This document shows positions 37,823 to 51,170 of a stretch of 64,000 nucleotides of DNA, one piece after another. The stretch is from Anolis carolinensis. Lineage: Eukaryota. The translations under genes and the position numbers were made by a program. The notes beneath the pieces are model-generated. The model saw only the letters and a program-made list of their open reading frames with translations, was not told the origin of the DNA and made no database searches. The stretch's first letter is position 1; each line of letters opens with the position of its first letter. The stretch lies in contig NC_085841.1 in NCBI RefSeq assembly GCF_035594765.1, positions 91,869,574 to 91,933,573 on the forward strand, in the 5' to 3' direction.

Positions 37823-39469
37823 ATGTTTCGCCTATTTTAAAAAATAATTAAAACAGTTGGTTTCTTTAAATTTGTTGTATTATTTCAGGCTATAAGGCTA
37901 TCACTTTATATTTCTGTGTGATAGTTCAATGGCACTGCCTTGAAACATTTCACTTCCAGTTGGGGGAATTGTGAACATTGATCACTGTTATGCATATTTT
38001 GGTTATGTCAATATGCTGTAGATATTTTCAAAAATGCTTTAAAATTACAAATGATATAAAATGCAGCTGTAAGGGTTCTCTTTGGTTAACACTTTGGTAT
38101 ATTGCACAAGTCTAGTTTGGTCTTCACTAACTCCTGATTCACTTCTGTAACCATTTAAAAGTGCAGGTTGATACTGATAATTTAAAAGAATAATTGTTGG
38201 TATGCTGTTGGCTCTTCCACCCCTTAGAATCAGCTTGGGAAGTTTAGAGATGAGATTCTTAGTTGTGTCACTTCAGCAAATTCTTTAATCTCCTTAATTA
38301 AGAGGTTTGTACACTTTCTCTACTCTTCTCTTGTCTTTCTGCATTATATAAAGAGCATGGTGGTCTCTTCATTATCAAAGCCATCCCTCAATTTGGTTCT
38401 GATCACATTTTTCTATTACTGTAATATTTTTATATATCTAGGTTACTGTAACACAGTACAGACATAACAGTTAACAAAGTCTCTGACAAAGAACCTCCCC
38501 TTTTCAAAATATGTTAAAGTCTATTATCACTCTTTCATCTTAATCTTCTGGCTGATTTTTAGCAGCCTCTACAATGGGAAGATGATGAAGGAGGGCTGGA
38601 GCAACACAGACTTTCAATGTCAAGTTGCAGCAGAATGTCTGCAGGAAGCAGAACAATAAAGTTTGAACTGGAAAAGAATGACATTCTGCTGTAGCCAATT
38701 CCACTGTAATTTTTTTGGGTCTGCTTACAATGGGCAAGACAAATGCTAGCTGCCTCCAGGATTTCTTGCTGAGTGTGAGTGAACAAGCAAAACAGAGTAA
38801 AAGGGGGAAAGAAGAACCTGCTTCACCAGCTATTCCCAGCAATTTAACCATAGCACTTTTTTTTCATTTAGCCACCAATATGAAAATCATAATGAAAGTA
38901 TAGGTTGATAACACTAAAGGTTATTCCTGAAATCAACTCTAGAAGGTTCAATGTGTGTGTGTGTGTGTGTTTTTTTTTTTACTTATGTAAGGTTTACCTG
39001 ACTTTGGTTGTTTCATTTCACATGTGCATATCATTAGTTTTGACAAAAACATTAGCTGAAACATGTTAAATTGCTCCTCCAAATTGTCTATTAAAGAGGC
39101 AATGTCCTGGAACATGTCTAATGTGTTAACTGAGGTATACTTGTAATTACTACTGCTACTCATATCTCTACAGTTTAAAACTGCATTTCATTTTGCCTTT
39201 GGTCTGTCTGAGGGATGATTGGGCCAAAAGAATTACAAAAATTCTTTTCTTTTTTTTAAAAAAGTGATACTTTCCTCTATTACGCTTTTAGTTTATTAAA
39301 AGAAATTTACACTTTTAATAGTCAATCCAAAAGTAATATGTTGAGAAGTGCAAGTTTATGCATTCCTGCATAAATCTGATCCCATCTTCAAGAAAAAGTA
39401 ACGTTCATACATGAAGGGAAATTAAGTTGCTTGTCACCCTGCTGCAGGCTGAAGAACATGAATAGATAC

Positions 39470-39786
39470 CGGATAAAGACTCCAAGGCTGACAGTTGCAA
39501 ATTCTTGGACCACAATCAAGGGTCTTTATGGAGCCTCTCCTATTCTATAGTATCTGCTGAAGAGACAGAGGAAGTGTGGAGTAACTCACTGACAAAAGAT
39601 AGAAGTATTCCCTCTTAAAAGCCATATTTCTTATGATGAATGGCGGTAGACCTTAAGAAGAGTGACCTGGCTTGAGTTATTATGGAATGAGTTATCTATT
39701 GCTGGATTCATCCTTTACAACTGAGAGTTTCAGGACATGTGGATCAGAGAAAACCTTCAAGTGAGTTGCTCTTAAAGACAAGGTGT
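39470..39786 (-). pseudogene. Exon-like block of the decayed gene
   Basis: Acceptor (T)nAAG|A, donor CCG|GTATCT; coding-like frame (TLSLRATHLKVFSDPHVLKL...LWSKNLQLSALESLS) with several stops. Confidence 0.4.
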
Positions 39787-40018
39787 CTTAAAAAAAAAAA
39801 ACAGCACAGGAGAGGTTTTGCTGTCACTTCTGTCAGAACCAGCTTGTCTTTTTTCAACAATCCAAAGGTGTTCTAGTTTAATTCTGGAAAAATACTGTAT
39901 GATCTTTCCAATAGCAGTATTTGTATTCTATTAGTATTGGGTTTTAATCTGTATACTATGTATTTTACTATATGTATTTTGTAGTATTGTGTTTTATCTG
40001 GGTGCTTTAACTATTATA

Positions 40019-40061
<43 letters not shown>
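40019..40061. repeat. (GAT)n microsatellite
   Basis: Perfect run. Confidence 0.97.
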
Positions 40062-40064
<3 letters not shown>

Positions 40065-40850
40065 ATTTGTGGATCAGGGTGATGATGAAGCAAAAACAAG
40101 GGTGGATCAAAATGCATGAGGAAGAGTTCCACCACATTCCCACTTATGCCCTCCAGGAGCATGACAATGGTTTCCATAGTATGGAATGCAGCTATTTCAT
40201 TTCAAAGCTTTATAGTACTATTGACTGAGCCCAAGCTTGACTCAGTCCAAGATAAATTTGCACATGATCACTCTTCCACTAATCCCACCCATCTAGAGTC
40301 CACTCAATTTTGACTCTTCCCCATGTCTTCTAAGAAGATCCTTTTTCAGCAGCCTACCTTTGACCTTGCAATAAAAGAAGACTAAATTTTCTGGGCAGTA
40401 ATCACATAAAGAAGAAAATACATGCATGACCACAATACTATATGTCAAGATACATCAGCACCATTCATCTTCTCAGCTTGTTACACAAATTTCTTGGTAA
40501 GGGAGGTATCAGACAGGCTCTGCCTAGGCTGCCTACTGACTCCTCGGAGAAAGGATGCAGCATGAAGCAACTCTCTAATTCAGTGGTGTTTTCGCTTGTG
40601 CAACAAGATCTATATATGCTTAGGACCTGCCCTTCCATTTGGCAGAGTAGATTTGTACATCATGATAAGGCAAGAATTTTTACTTACTTTCTAATAGTTT
40701 TTTTTACTATCAGGGATGGGAAGGGTTTTGTGGGGTGTTGTGTCTCTGAGGTCTAAATAATATGGCCTTAACATGTAGAAAATTCAATTTGCAATTGTGC
40801 CCCAAGTAGTCCCTTAAGGACTTTTATCAGCCCAACTCAGCTTAGATATA

Positions 40851-41117
40851 CAGCCATCCCTCCACATTTGCGAGTTTGACCTTTGATTGTTCATGGATTT
40901 TAGTACAATGTTCTTTCTAGGAATCTCTAGGTCCACAAGTACCATTCCATGGTCAACTTCTGATGGAAGTTGGCCATAGAGGTGTGCTGGAGAACCTATA
41001 TGTTTCTATAGAGGTATTCTCTCTGTTACAATTTTTTTTAAAAAAAAAAAAATCACCATTTTCACTTTTGTGGGGGTCTTGTTTCCCTAACTCCAGTGAA
41101 TGTAAAGGACTGACTAT
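40851..41117. mobile_element. Tc1/mariner (Tigger-like) MITE
   Basis: TA-CAGCCATCCCTCCACATT...AATGTAAAGGACTGACTA-TA degenerate TIRs. Confidence 0.65.
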
Positions 41118-41163
41118 ACTTGCTCTCTGTTATTCCTGGCTCTTGGTTTTTAATTATATCTAC

Positions 41164-41256
41164 CTGGTTTGCCCATAGGTTTAGACTGCTTCTGACTACT
41201 TCTTTCAGGTTCTTGATCTGTTCCAGACTGTCTGGATTTGCCATCCCGTTGACATC
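41164..41256 (-). pseudogene. 93-bp exon-like block with open frame (DVNGMANPDSLEQIKNLKEVVRSSLNLWANQ)
   Basis: Acceptor TTCTTCTTTTCCACTGCTGTTCAG|G, donor CAG|GTAGAT; length divisible by 3. Confidence 0.6.
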
Positions 41257-42812
41257 CTGAACAGCAGTGGAAAAGAAGAAAACATCTTGGGTTTCCTATC
41301 AGTAAAGCTATTATAATACTAGTAGGTAACAGTTAATAGAAAGTGAAGCTTTTTGCCTATGAGATTGCAAATGTCGAGTGCTAAAAACGGGGTAAGTTGT
41401 TTCATTGTTAAATGCAAGTTATACTCAAAACCTTTATCTGTGAAAAAGATATTATTGAATGTAAACACACATAGCAACAGTGAGAGTTTCAGACCGGTTG
41501 GGTCTTTAAAATCTCCTTCATCTGCGCACTCGAAGAATTCGTTATTTTTATTCCCCTTAGTTCCTACAACCTTTTCAGGTTTTAAGAGCTTATCTAAATG
41601 GAAAACCTCCCTTTTGCATGAAAAGGTCACCGGAGTTTTCTTTGCGCCAAAACAGACTTCTACATTTCTTTAAAACAGCATGGAATCTTCAAGGAATTAG
41701 AGATTATATCCATGCTGTGGAGAGTCCCATAAAGGAACTCTGAAAATTCATAGAGTTTGCCCTGTGGTACTAACACAGTTTTCATTTTAAGACACTGCAT
41801 GCTCCAGGATTCAGACCCAGTGGTCTATGCTATTAAATCCATTAGCAGCTGTTATGGATAGCTGTTTTGGTAACAGTAGTATGTGGAAAGAGGGGAAAAT
41901 GCCATTAGTCAATTCTAGTTTTTGTTATAGGGTTTTTTTTAGTCTTGCACTTTTTTCCAGTAAGCAGAAAAATGCCCGGTAGACACTAGGGTAAGTGCAG
42001 GAGGGTCAGGTGGTAGCAAATGTGACTTGCATCAGGTGAGCAACAAAGTGCACCTCTACTATCAATCACATAGTAAAAATATATAAAATAAACTGTTGTG
42101 TTATGGAATACAGATGGCATCTCACTTAAATTGGCACTTGTCATGTTGGAAGCGACGACGAGGTTGTACACAAAGGGCCATAGAGAACTCCCACAGGGAT
42201 AGCCATATGCTCTGTTTCATGTTCAGGACTTATCTGAATAGCATGGATAATTGGATCACTCTAAAGTTGCTTCAGCTATTTTAAAGCAAGAGATAATCCA
42301 CATTTCTAGTGTGATGGCCAATTAATTTCAGATGCCTTAGAGGCTAATGAATCCTATAGATTTATGTGCTCCTTGTATTGAAATTGAAGCATATTTGACT
42401 TCCTTTCTTCCGGGCAGGATTTTGTTGCTAATTACAGATGGACCTTTGCCTGCCAGAAGGATGGATGACATACTCCTAAACTTAAGCACATTAGAGTAAT
42501 ACAGAATAGATATCTGCATATAATGAAATGTATGAGAGCAAGTGACAAATAGGTGAAGAGTAATGCAGTTTATTATTACAGCATTGATAAAGAACACTGT
42601 GGAAAGGTGGAGACATTGTATGCAGATATTATTTCAGAGCATATGAACCAATATCTTCATTGAACAATTTAGTATTTAAATTACTGGGATCACATTTCTT
42701 AAATTTACCAAGGTTTTTGTCAGAAAATACTATTGAAGACATTTTTCACAGGGTCTATGTTTTCCCCCCTCCATGAGAGCTAACAACATAGCTATTAAAT
42801 TATATAGTAGAG

Positions 42813-43175
42813 TGCAGAAAAGAAGGCTGAGAGGAGACATGATGTATAATATGTGAGGGGAAGTCATAGAGAGGAGGGAGCAAGCTTGTTTTCTGCTGCC
42901 CTGCAGACTAGGATGCGGAACAATGGCTTCAAACTACAGGAAAGGAGATTTCACCTGAACATTAGGAAGAACTTCCTCACTGTGAGCTGTTCAGCTGTGG
43001 AACTCTCTCCCCGGGCTGTGGTGGAGGTTCCTTCTTTGGAGGCTTTTAAGCAGAGGCTGGATGGCCATCTGTTGGGAGGGATTGGATGGTGTCTTCCTGC
43101 CTGGCAGAAGGGGTTGGGCTGGATGGCCCACGAGGTCTCTTCCAACTCTACTGTTCAATGACTCTATGATTCTAA
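42813..43175 (+). mobile_element. CR1 3' fragment
   Basis: Near-identical to the 3' part of the CR1 at 31104-32020; CTATGATTCTA tail. Confidence 0.95.
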
Positions 43176-43229
43176 GTAAGGACAAAAGGGGGTGGGGAAT
43201 GTTAAGAGGAGAGAGGGCCTGGAACACCT

Positions 43230-44018
43230 GGGAATTGTAGTTTGTAAGTGGGCATAGTACTATTGGAGAAACGTTTGCTTCAGCCCAATGCTTTTATAAA
43301 TGGTCAAAATTCAGAGGCTTCCTTCTCCTGCATTTTGAAAGCTATTATGATGAAATTTGCCAGAATGGAAGCAAAAATTAACCACTCTTAGCCTATCAAG
43401 TTTCATAATGTTTGACCCATCCACTGATTTTTGGGGATTTCTGAAGCAACATTTTTTTAAAATGTTAGCAGATCGATGGCCACGCCTCCCTGTCCTTCTT
43501 CCTTCCACTTTGATTGGCTTGCTAAGGCTTCTGGGAAATTGAGTTTTTTCTCTCGTTATGGCGAATTGCTTCATTTCCACTTAAAAGAATGGTCAATATT
43601 CAGAGGCTTCGTTCTCCTGCATTATGAAAGCTATTATGATGAAATTTGCCAGAATGGAAGCAAAAATTAACCACTCTTAGCCTATCAAGTTTCATAATGT
43701 TTGACCCATCCACTGATTTTTGGGGATTTTTGAAGCAATATTTTTTTTAAAATGCTAGCAGATTGATGGCCATGCCTCTCCCTCCCTCCCTCTTCCGCTC
43801 TGATTGGCTGAGAGGCATGCCAACATGGCTTCTCCTCTCAGAGGGGCTACAGCTACATCCGAAGACATCAGAAACAAACGAAAAAAGGTACTTTTATTAT
43901 TCAAATTCATAATATTTGTAAGGCAGTGAGCAGATGGTTCAAATATCAATTCAAAAGTACTTGCGAAACGAATTTTTAACGAATTTAACGAACTAACGAA
44001 AAAATTTGCTCAAGCCTA
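43230..44018 (-). mobile_element. Non-autonomous DNA transposon remnant (hAT-like) with internal tandem duplication
   Basis: Terminus TAGGCTTGAGCAAATTT on the - strand with sub-terminal AACGAA repeats; 43310-43500 duplicated at 43599-43790. Confidence 0.65.
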
Positions 44019-46759
44019 ATATCTACTGACACATCTGCTACTTTTAAATAGAAAGGTTTATCACTAAATTTCATATAAGCCCCAGGCTGTCCTGCTAACA
44101 CCTTCCCAAGACCAAGGCATGACTATGGGATCACAAGACTCATTACTGAAGTCCTTTTTAACAAGGCATCCATTGCTTGTAGTCAGGTTAGGATTCAGCA
44201 GCATGTTCCTGTGCTTTTTGGAGCCATCAGGTTATCAGTGTTGCCCTGTGTCTGTCTATCTTCTCAGCCAGCAGTGAATAACACTTAAAAAGGAAGAAAT
44301 AGAAAAACGCTTTCTTTATGTTCTTATTAAAAGCACTAAAGAAAAATTCATGGTTTCAGATTTATAATTACCATTTTGACATATTATGAAGTTTCAATTT
44401 AATAGGTGTGTTACACTAACAAAAATGGGATATATTCATATATACAGTGATTATATATGAGGCAAATTCAGAATATGTAGCTTCCAATATCCCAGTCAGA
44501 TGGCTTCAGAGAATACAGAAATGGTAGATCTACACCCTGGACGTGCAATTGCTAGCATAAGAACCTGATTTCACCCTAATGGGATTAGTTATTAATGATT
44601 TCAACAGTCTCATGTCCCGTATTTCCTCTTTGAAAAATCTATTTTTTAAAAATCACTTCCAAAACTTGGAAAATTAATGTTAAGGATCTGGATATTTGCC
44701 TTTTCATATTTTTCTTCCTCTTTTTATTTTTTGGTCCTCCAAGATGTTTTGGCCTGTAATTCCCATCAGCTCTACCCAGCATGCTCAGTGATAAAGGGCT
44801 GGGGAGTTGCATCCCCCCAAATTCTAGAAGGTTTCTATGATATGGAATATGGTTTCTACTAGTACTACCCAAATAGGAGCCTTACTCAACAGAACTTGCA
44901 TTTTCATTCAGTGCTCAAGCTCCATCAATGCTCTTTTAAAAAACATTTTAAAAATGTATAAAATGAATACATTTTAAAAAGCACATTTCAAAATATTATG
45001 TGGCATTACATTTTTCTCTGGGCAAAGTCATAGGTTTCTAAAACATATACAAAATGTAGCAATTTGTGAAAACAAACAGAAAAATGCACAGAAAATGTTT
45101 TCAAAAATGTTCTGCAAAAAAGACAATACTATATCCAGCATGTCCATATCATACTTTTTGGACGTTAGACTCTGGACTGAGCAATGACTGACTTTTTGCT
45201 ATTTGAGCATTCACCTCTAGTTCCCAATACTATAACTAGGCTTCATTTTTAAAACTGGATTACAACCTTCAGCACCAAAAATATCTACATTCAATTTCCT
45301 TTCAGGGATAAAAAAAAAACCTAGATAGAGAAGAAAAGAAAATCATGGAAGGAATGCATCTGTTTTCACTTGACTGAATGCACTGACTTTACTCCATCAT
45401 TTCTGGAAGCAGCAATGTAATGTGTTATACTTTATCACTTATCTTTGAAGTCATGAAGCATGATGTTGATTTCATTTCAAATCTTAGATATAAACATACA
45501 TATTTTAAATACTAATTAGGCTAGATCAGTAGATTTTACTATTTTAAATTTTCTTCTATTGACCTTGCAGTAAGAAGTTTCAGGACAGCTTAAAATAGAA
45601 GTATTTTTTTTTCAATAAAATGTAATACAATATAACCAAAATAAAATGCAATAAAGGATTACATGTCCCATCCTCACACAAAAGGCATTTGAAAAAGACC
45701 TGCAATGGACAAACAAAGTCTGTGATGTCAAGAAGTGCTATTTCAAGCAATGGGGCACATCAGTTAGAGCTTTAAAGGTGCATTTCAGTCTAATCTGTTT
45801 TAGAAATCTGAACAGCTTGGAAGCAGGAAATGTGCTTAGCACAAAATGGTAGGGGCATAGTAAAACCATTGGGCCCTCCCTCTTTCTCTTCCTCCCTCTT
45901 GGAGGTAAGAGAATTTTGCACAAAAAGAAGGGGACAGTCAATCTAAGTTGAAATCGAATGTAAGGCTCATCCCATTTTGGAGCACCTTCAATGGAGGGAA
46001 AAGTGTATGATTGATGAAATAAAATATATTTTCTTGCCATAGCTTAACATTCTTTACAATGAAACTGATTATAAAATGGTCCAATAATTAAACACTTTGA
46101 TGGCCCTCCTGTTCAAAATGAATGTAATACAGACGTACGATGTTATAACTCTCAGAATTCATATTTATAGTCATTAATGACAAATGTGACACCTCTTAAT
46201 CCAACTGAAGAGTTTCTGATGCAATGGAGAATGGGAGATTTGGAACAGGAGTGCTCTCTTTGGACTAGGAATATAAAAAGGATCACTGAAGGCGTGAGTC
46301 CATTGATCTCAGGGTCATTGCTAAAGGGGGGTGACACCAAAGGGAGATTACTGCTTGGGTAGGCCACTTCAGGGTACCATGAGGGCAAGGACCTGACCTC
46401 TAGCTGCTTCATAGGAGAGAAAATCTTCCTTCTTTAAAGATAAAGTCCTGCCAGAATAAGCATTTGATCATTTTTTTAAATTAAAAAAATTACAAAAAGA
46501 AATAGAGCTGAGGATTAACAACATAGTGACAGCAACCCATTCCAAACCTTCATATGACTTGTCCCTGCAGTTTCATGTATATATTTAAGAGCATACAATG
46601 GAGCTTGTGGTATCATAATGGGGCTGAACAGCAATCCCCCAATACTACTCCCCGGAATCAGAGAGGAGGAAAACTACTGCAGAACAATGCTTTCTATTCC
46701 CATCCCACAGAGCCAGCTCAGTAAGATACTATGAGGAATGGTATCAAAAGTAACTATCT

Positions 46760-47050
46760 AGGAAATCATCTGGGCGCCTCCCTGTCTTTTCTCCATAATA
46801 GATCATTAATCAGAGCAAAGTAAGCAATTTCGGTGCCATACGCTGGTCTGAAATCAAAATGAAATGGATACAAATATCTTACTTCATTCAAGAACATCTG
46901 AAGTTGTCCAGACACCACACTCAAGCACCTTGCCAGAAAGGCAATATTTGCAATGGGCAGTTGTCCCCATATACCTTTATGTTTAGGGAGGTCTTCTTCA
47001 GGACAGGGCATACCATTGATTCTGTCCATATCTTAAATTGTTGATGTTCC
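46760..47050 (-). mobile_element. Old L2 RT fragment
   Basis: PIANIAFLA...QLQMFL...YLYPFHFDFRPAYGTEIAYFALINDL aligns by eye to the L2 RT at 33383-34291. Confidence 0.8.
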
Positions 47051-48629
47051 TTCTCCAATTTTCACATCCCCTTCCTCTGAGTGTAATTGCGCTTCATGTA
47101 TAATATACTCAGCATAAAATGTAAACAGGTAGGGTGATAAATGCTGTCTTGTCTTCTTCCCTTGCCAACTGGAAATCATTCCATTTATCCATATTGTATT
47201 CTGATGGTATTTAATAATGCACAGCCATTTTAGTTATTTATTGAAATGATTTTAAAAAAATATCACTCTGTTTTCATCGTTTCTCAGAAGATGATAATAT
47301 TGTCTCTAGGGATGAAACCAGCTGGTGGCAGGATTGTAAGTCTATAAATAAATAAATTCCCCTAAAATGTCTAAAATGTCCAAAAGGAAATAGTACCTCA
47401 AAACCAAACAGGGACAAATCTAACAGGTTGTGATGTTCTGGGTTAATATTTATACACTAGTGCTCATACATTTTGAAAACCTTTATTGAAATTACAGCTT
47501 CCTCAAAGACACTGCCACCAGCATCCCCAGAAAATGTATTTTCCATTAGTAATGTACACTGAAAAGTAATCCACACAGATTGAGGTTAAGTCAAACTAAC
47601 ATCAAAAATAATAATGTTATCTGACATGCATGACCTTTTTGATTAAAAGATCTAGTCTCTTTTTCAAAAGGCAGCTATTGCATCTCCTTAACTGTTCAAT
47701 ATAAACACTATCTTTTGAAACTCCCTAATATGCTATTTCTATTATTTTTACTGGTAGTATTTTGACTTTTATCTTTAAATTAATACGATAGGACTGTCAC
47801 ATTACAAATAATTAACAGAAGTTCATGATTATGTAATACAGGAAGTTCTTTGGTGAACCACAAAGATAAAGCTACATAACTTTTTTCTTTCTCAGTCATC
47901 TCGAACTCTAGCAGGTAAAATTCTCCCATTTCATTTATCCTGCACTGGAAATCTGTACCATAGTAGACTGCCAAGTCAATACCATTTTAGTTAACATTCG
48001 GGAATCCTAAACATGACTAAAGAAGATACAAACTTATTTAGAGTCAGTTCAAGAGTGGATTGAAGTTAAAAAAAAAAAGAGCACTTCTACACTTGTACTA
48101 TAGTCCATCTTGGAATCGGTTCAAATGGAATCAGTTTTGCTGTGTGGGTGATCAGATTGCCATTGCTGGAATTGGTTTGAGGCCAGGAAGGAGATTACAT
48201 TTACCATGGAACCTGGCCTAAAATTGCTTTGCATGGCCCCCCGCCCATTTCCCAAGGAGATGTGCATCAGTGCACCAAAGGCATATGAGGTGAAAAAGGG
48301 GGAAAGTGATAGCTAGCAGTGGAGGTAATTAATTCCCCCTCCCTCCTGGATTATTTATTGGACGTCAATAGGGGCAGGTATCTACAATGCACTCTGCACT
48401 TTGTGGTGCTGATTTTGCCTGGATCTGGGTATGCTTCAATCTGTTGCAGTGGATTACTGCAATCGAAGATAAGCCGAGTTTTTCAACCCTTTTTATGAGC
48501 TGAAAAAGCCTCCCTCGGCTTATAATCAGGTCAAGGTCAAGGCTGGCAATGGAGCCTGCAGGCTACTGCTTGCAATATGTGATCTATTTCTTTCTTCAAC
48601 CCGGGGGCGGGGGGGGGGGGGAGTCTAGG

Positions 48630-49140
48630 GTCTAATATTGCTCAAAACCCTTGAAGAACCACCAGATTTTTAGTTCCTTATGGAAAGAGGACAATGTAGG
48701 GGCTTGCCTGATCTCCCTGGGGAGGTCATTCCAGAGCTGGGGGGCCACCACCGAGAAGGCTCTCTCCCTCATCCCCAACAGCTGCACTTGCAACAGTGGT
48801 GGGAGTGAGAGGAGCCTCCCCCAGCAGATCTTAAAGCCCACGCTGGTTTGTATTTCCATGAGATGCAATCATGGAGATAGCCAGGGCCCGAGCCGTATAG
48901 GGCTTTATAGGTCATTACCTGCACCTTGAATTGAGACTGGCAGCTTAATTGCAGCCAGCGGAGTTGTTTTAGTAGGGGCATTGTGTGCTCCCTATAGCTA
49001 GCTCCTGTTAGGAGTCTGGCGTCCGATCTTTGAACCAGCTGAAATTTCTGGGCCAACTTCAAGGGAAGCCCCATATAGATAGCATGGCACTAATCCAAAC
49101 TAGATGTAACCAAGGTATGGATCACCATGGCCAAGTCAGG
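48630..49140 (-). mobile_element. L2 3' ORF fragment
   Basis: GLPLKLAQKFQLVQ...RAFSVVAPQLWNDLPREIRQAPTL, homologous to ORF 32762-33379. Confidence 0.92.
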
Positions 49141-49440
49141 GTGGGTGGGCCCAGATATTATTTGGGACATTCCCAAGGGGAACAAACCTCATACCCTTTT
49201 ATTTAAAAACCTTAATACATTTGTAACACATTATTTGCAAGAAAGCAATAGCACTGAAATTAGGAATACTTTAAGATAAAGATCATGTAGACTTGGCTGT
49301 GTTTTGGCAATGATAAGAAAGGACAACAAAAAAGCAGCTACAGCACCGTGCTGTATTAAAGTGTTACATAATAATGCATGTAAAAATATTATGCAAGATT
49401 CAGAGTAAAAAGGTTTAAGCTTTCTGTTCCTGACACTCAC

Positions 49441-49567
49441 CACTACAGTTTTATGATTTCTGTCACTCATCATTTTTTTCAAACATTCATCTTTCATACT
49501 GACATTTGCCAAGGCTTGGTCTCTGCCTGAGGTGACGTTTCCACTTAGATAAGAAAGTTCATCCATT
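49441..49567 (-). pseudogene. 127-bp exon-like block with open frame (MDELSYLSGNVTSGRDQALANVSMKDECLKKMMSDRNHKTVV)
   Basis: Acceptor CTTCTCTCTACTCTTCAAATGCTCAG|A, consensus donor GTG|GTGAGT. Confidence 0.6.
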
Positions 49568-50944
49568 CTGAGCATTTGAAGAGTAGAGAGAAGGCGGTGG
49601 GAAATCAACCACCTCCTGACTGTGTGTCTGTGTGTGTGTGAGAGAGTGTTAGTGAGTGTATGCACTTGCATGCATACACACCTATCTCCAAAAATGGATG
49701 GAGTTACTCATCGTAGCAGACGTCATTTCATTTGTGATTTATTTTTAATATAACAGTAAAGAAATGTGTCATCTTCGTTTCCATGATAGATAAAACCTAT
49801 ACAGAACCTCTTTTTCTCTGCCTTCCTTTTCTCTGGTTTGCTATTTAAAAGCCATAGAAAGCACACAGACAAGCAGTTTTCACAGATGCATTTAAAATAT
49901 AACACAGATCTAAGGGTTCATTCTTATTGCTTCCTCCCTCTGCCTTGTTACTCTGTCAAAAGAAAAATTCACAGTTGATGCATCAGACAATATGTCTGGC
50001 CTACAAAGAGTCCACATTTCCTTGCTGCTGTCTGGCTTTATGCATAGGAAAGAAGAAGGGTGGTAGAAAAGTTAGCCCTATGTCAACAGAACAAGGATAC
50101 AAAAGCTGCCTATTTAGGCTCCTATCATTTTAGTTTCAAGACTAGAAGGTGTAAGGAGAGACATGAAAGCTTCCACCTTAGTATTGTGTATTTCACTCAT
50201 GGAATGGCAGTATGGTAGATGCCAATCATATTGAAAAGGATGTGGTGGCAAATAGGAGATGCTAGTACTGGAGAAGTGAAACAACAGTCTGAAGAATATC
50301 TCCATTTATATTGTGCTCTTCCTTCTCATCAAAGATAGCATTTATTCCTTCAGTTTCTTTTTTACCTATTTACATATTTATATAATCTTAAAGTATATTA
50401 CAATATACATTTTTAAATAATAACCATAACTAATTTTGATATAAACACATTAAACAAGACAACAATTAAAACAGCTTCAAAAGCTAAGATAATTTAAAAC
50501 CATGAATATGTACATTTCAAACTAAATTAGCCCACAAAAGCTTTAACAGAATGCCATGTTTTGTCTTGAAGCCAGAAAAAACCAGCACTGCTGCCAGTCA
50601 GGTCTCCAAGGGAAGGGCAGTCCACAATCTGGGTGAAACAACCAAAATGTCCCTCTCCAATGTGTATTGTTCTCACTGGTAAGATACAGAAGAGGAGACA
50701 TACTTCCTGCAGACATACTCTCAGCTTCATGACAGCAAAGAGGAAGAAAATGAACAGCTATCCCTTTTCAGTCAGCATTGCATTACATCTGTTGACTTAA
50801 ATGCTTCATTACTGCTAAAAATGTTGCCCTTAGTTCTGATAATCTAATACTTACTGATTTTAAAGTATGGCAAAGGGGCATGTTTCCAATCATCATAGTA
50901 TTTAATCAATAACACAATATTATTTGAAGGATTCATTTAAAGGA

Positions 50945-51170
50945 GGGGCAGTGTGATGTAGTACTTTGTGTATTGGAGTATGACTTTGGAAGAAGAGGGT
51001 TTGAAGCCCAGTTATGGAAACCGACTGGGTGACTATGGACAAGTCACACACTTTCACCCTAAGACAAAGGTACAGCCCCAGACCCTTTGAAAGTTCTCAT
51101 CACAAAACCCAACACAAAACACATTCCCTTTAGTGTCACCATAAGCCAGATGTACACACAGTAACAACAC
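50945..51170 (+). mobile_element. Old tRNA-derived CORE-type SINE
   Basis: A/B-box-like head and CTGGGTGACTATGGACAAGTCAC core. Confidence 0.65.

Noticed and set aside
40080-40740. Possible DIRS tyrosine-recombinase remnant (also 20150-20250)
   Set aside because: Only a vague resemblance; no readable catalytic motif.
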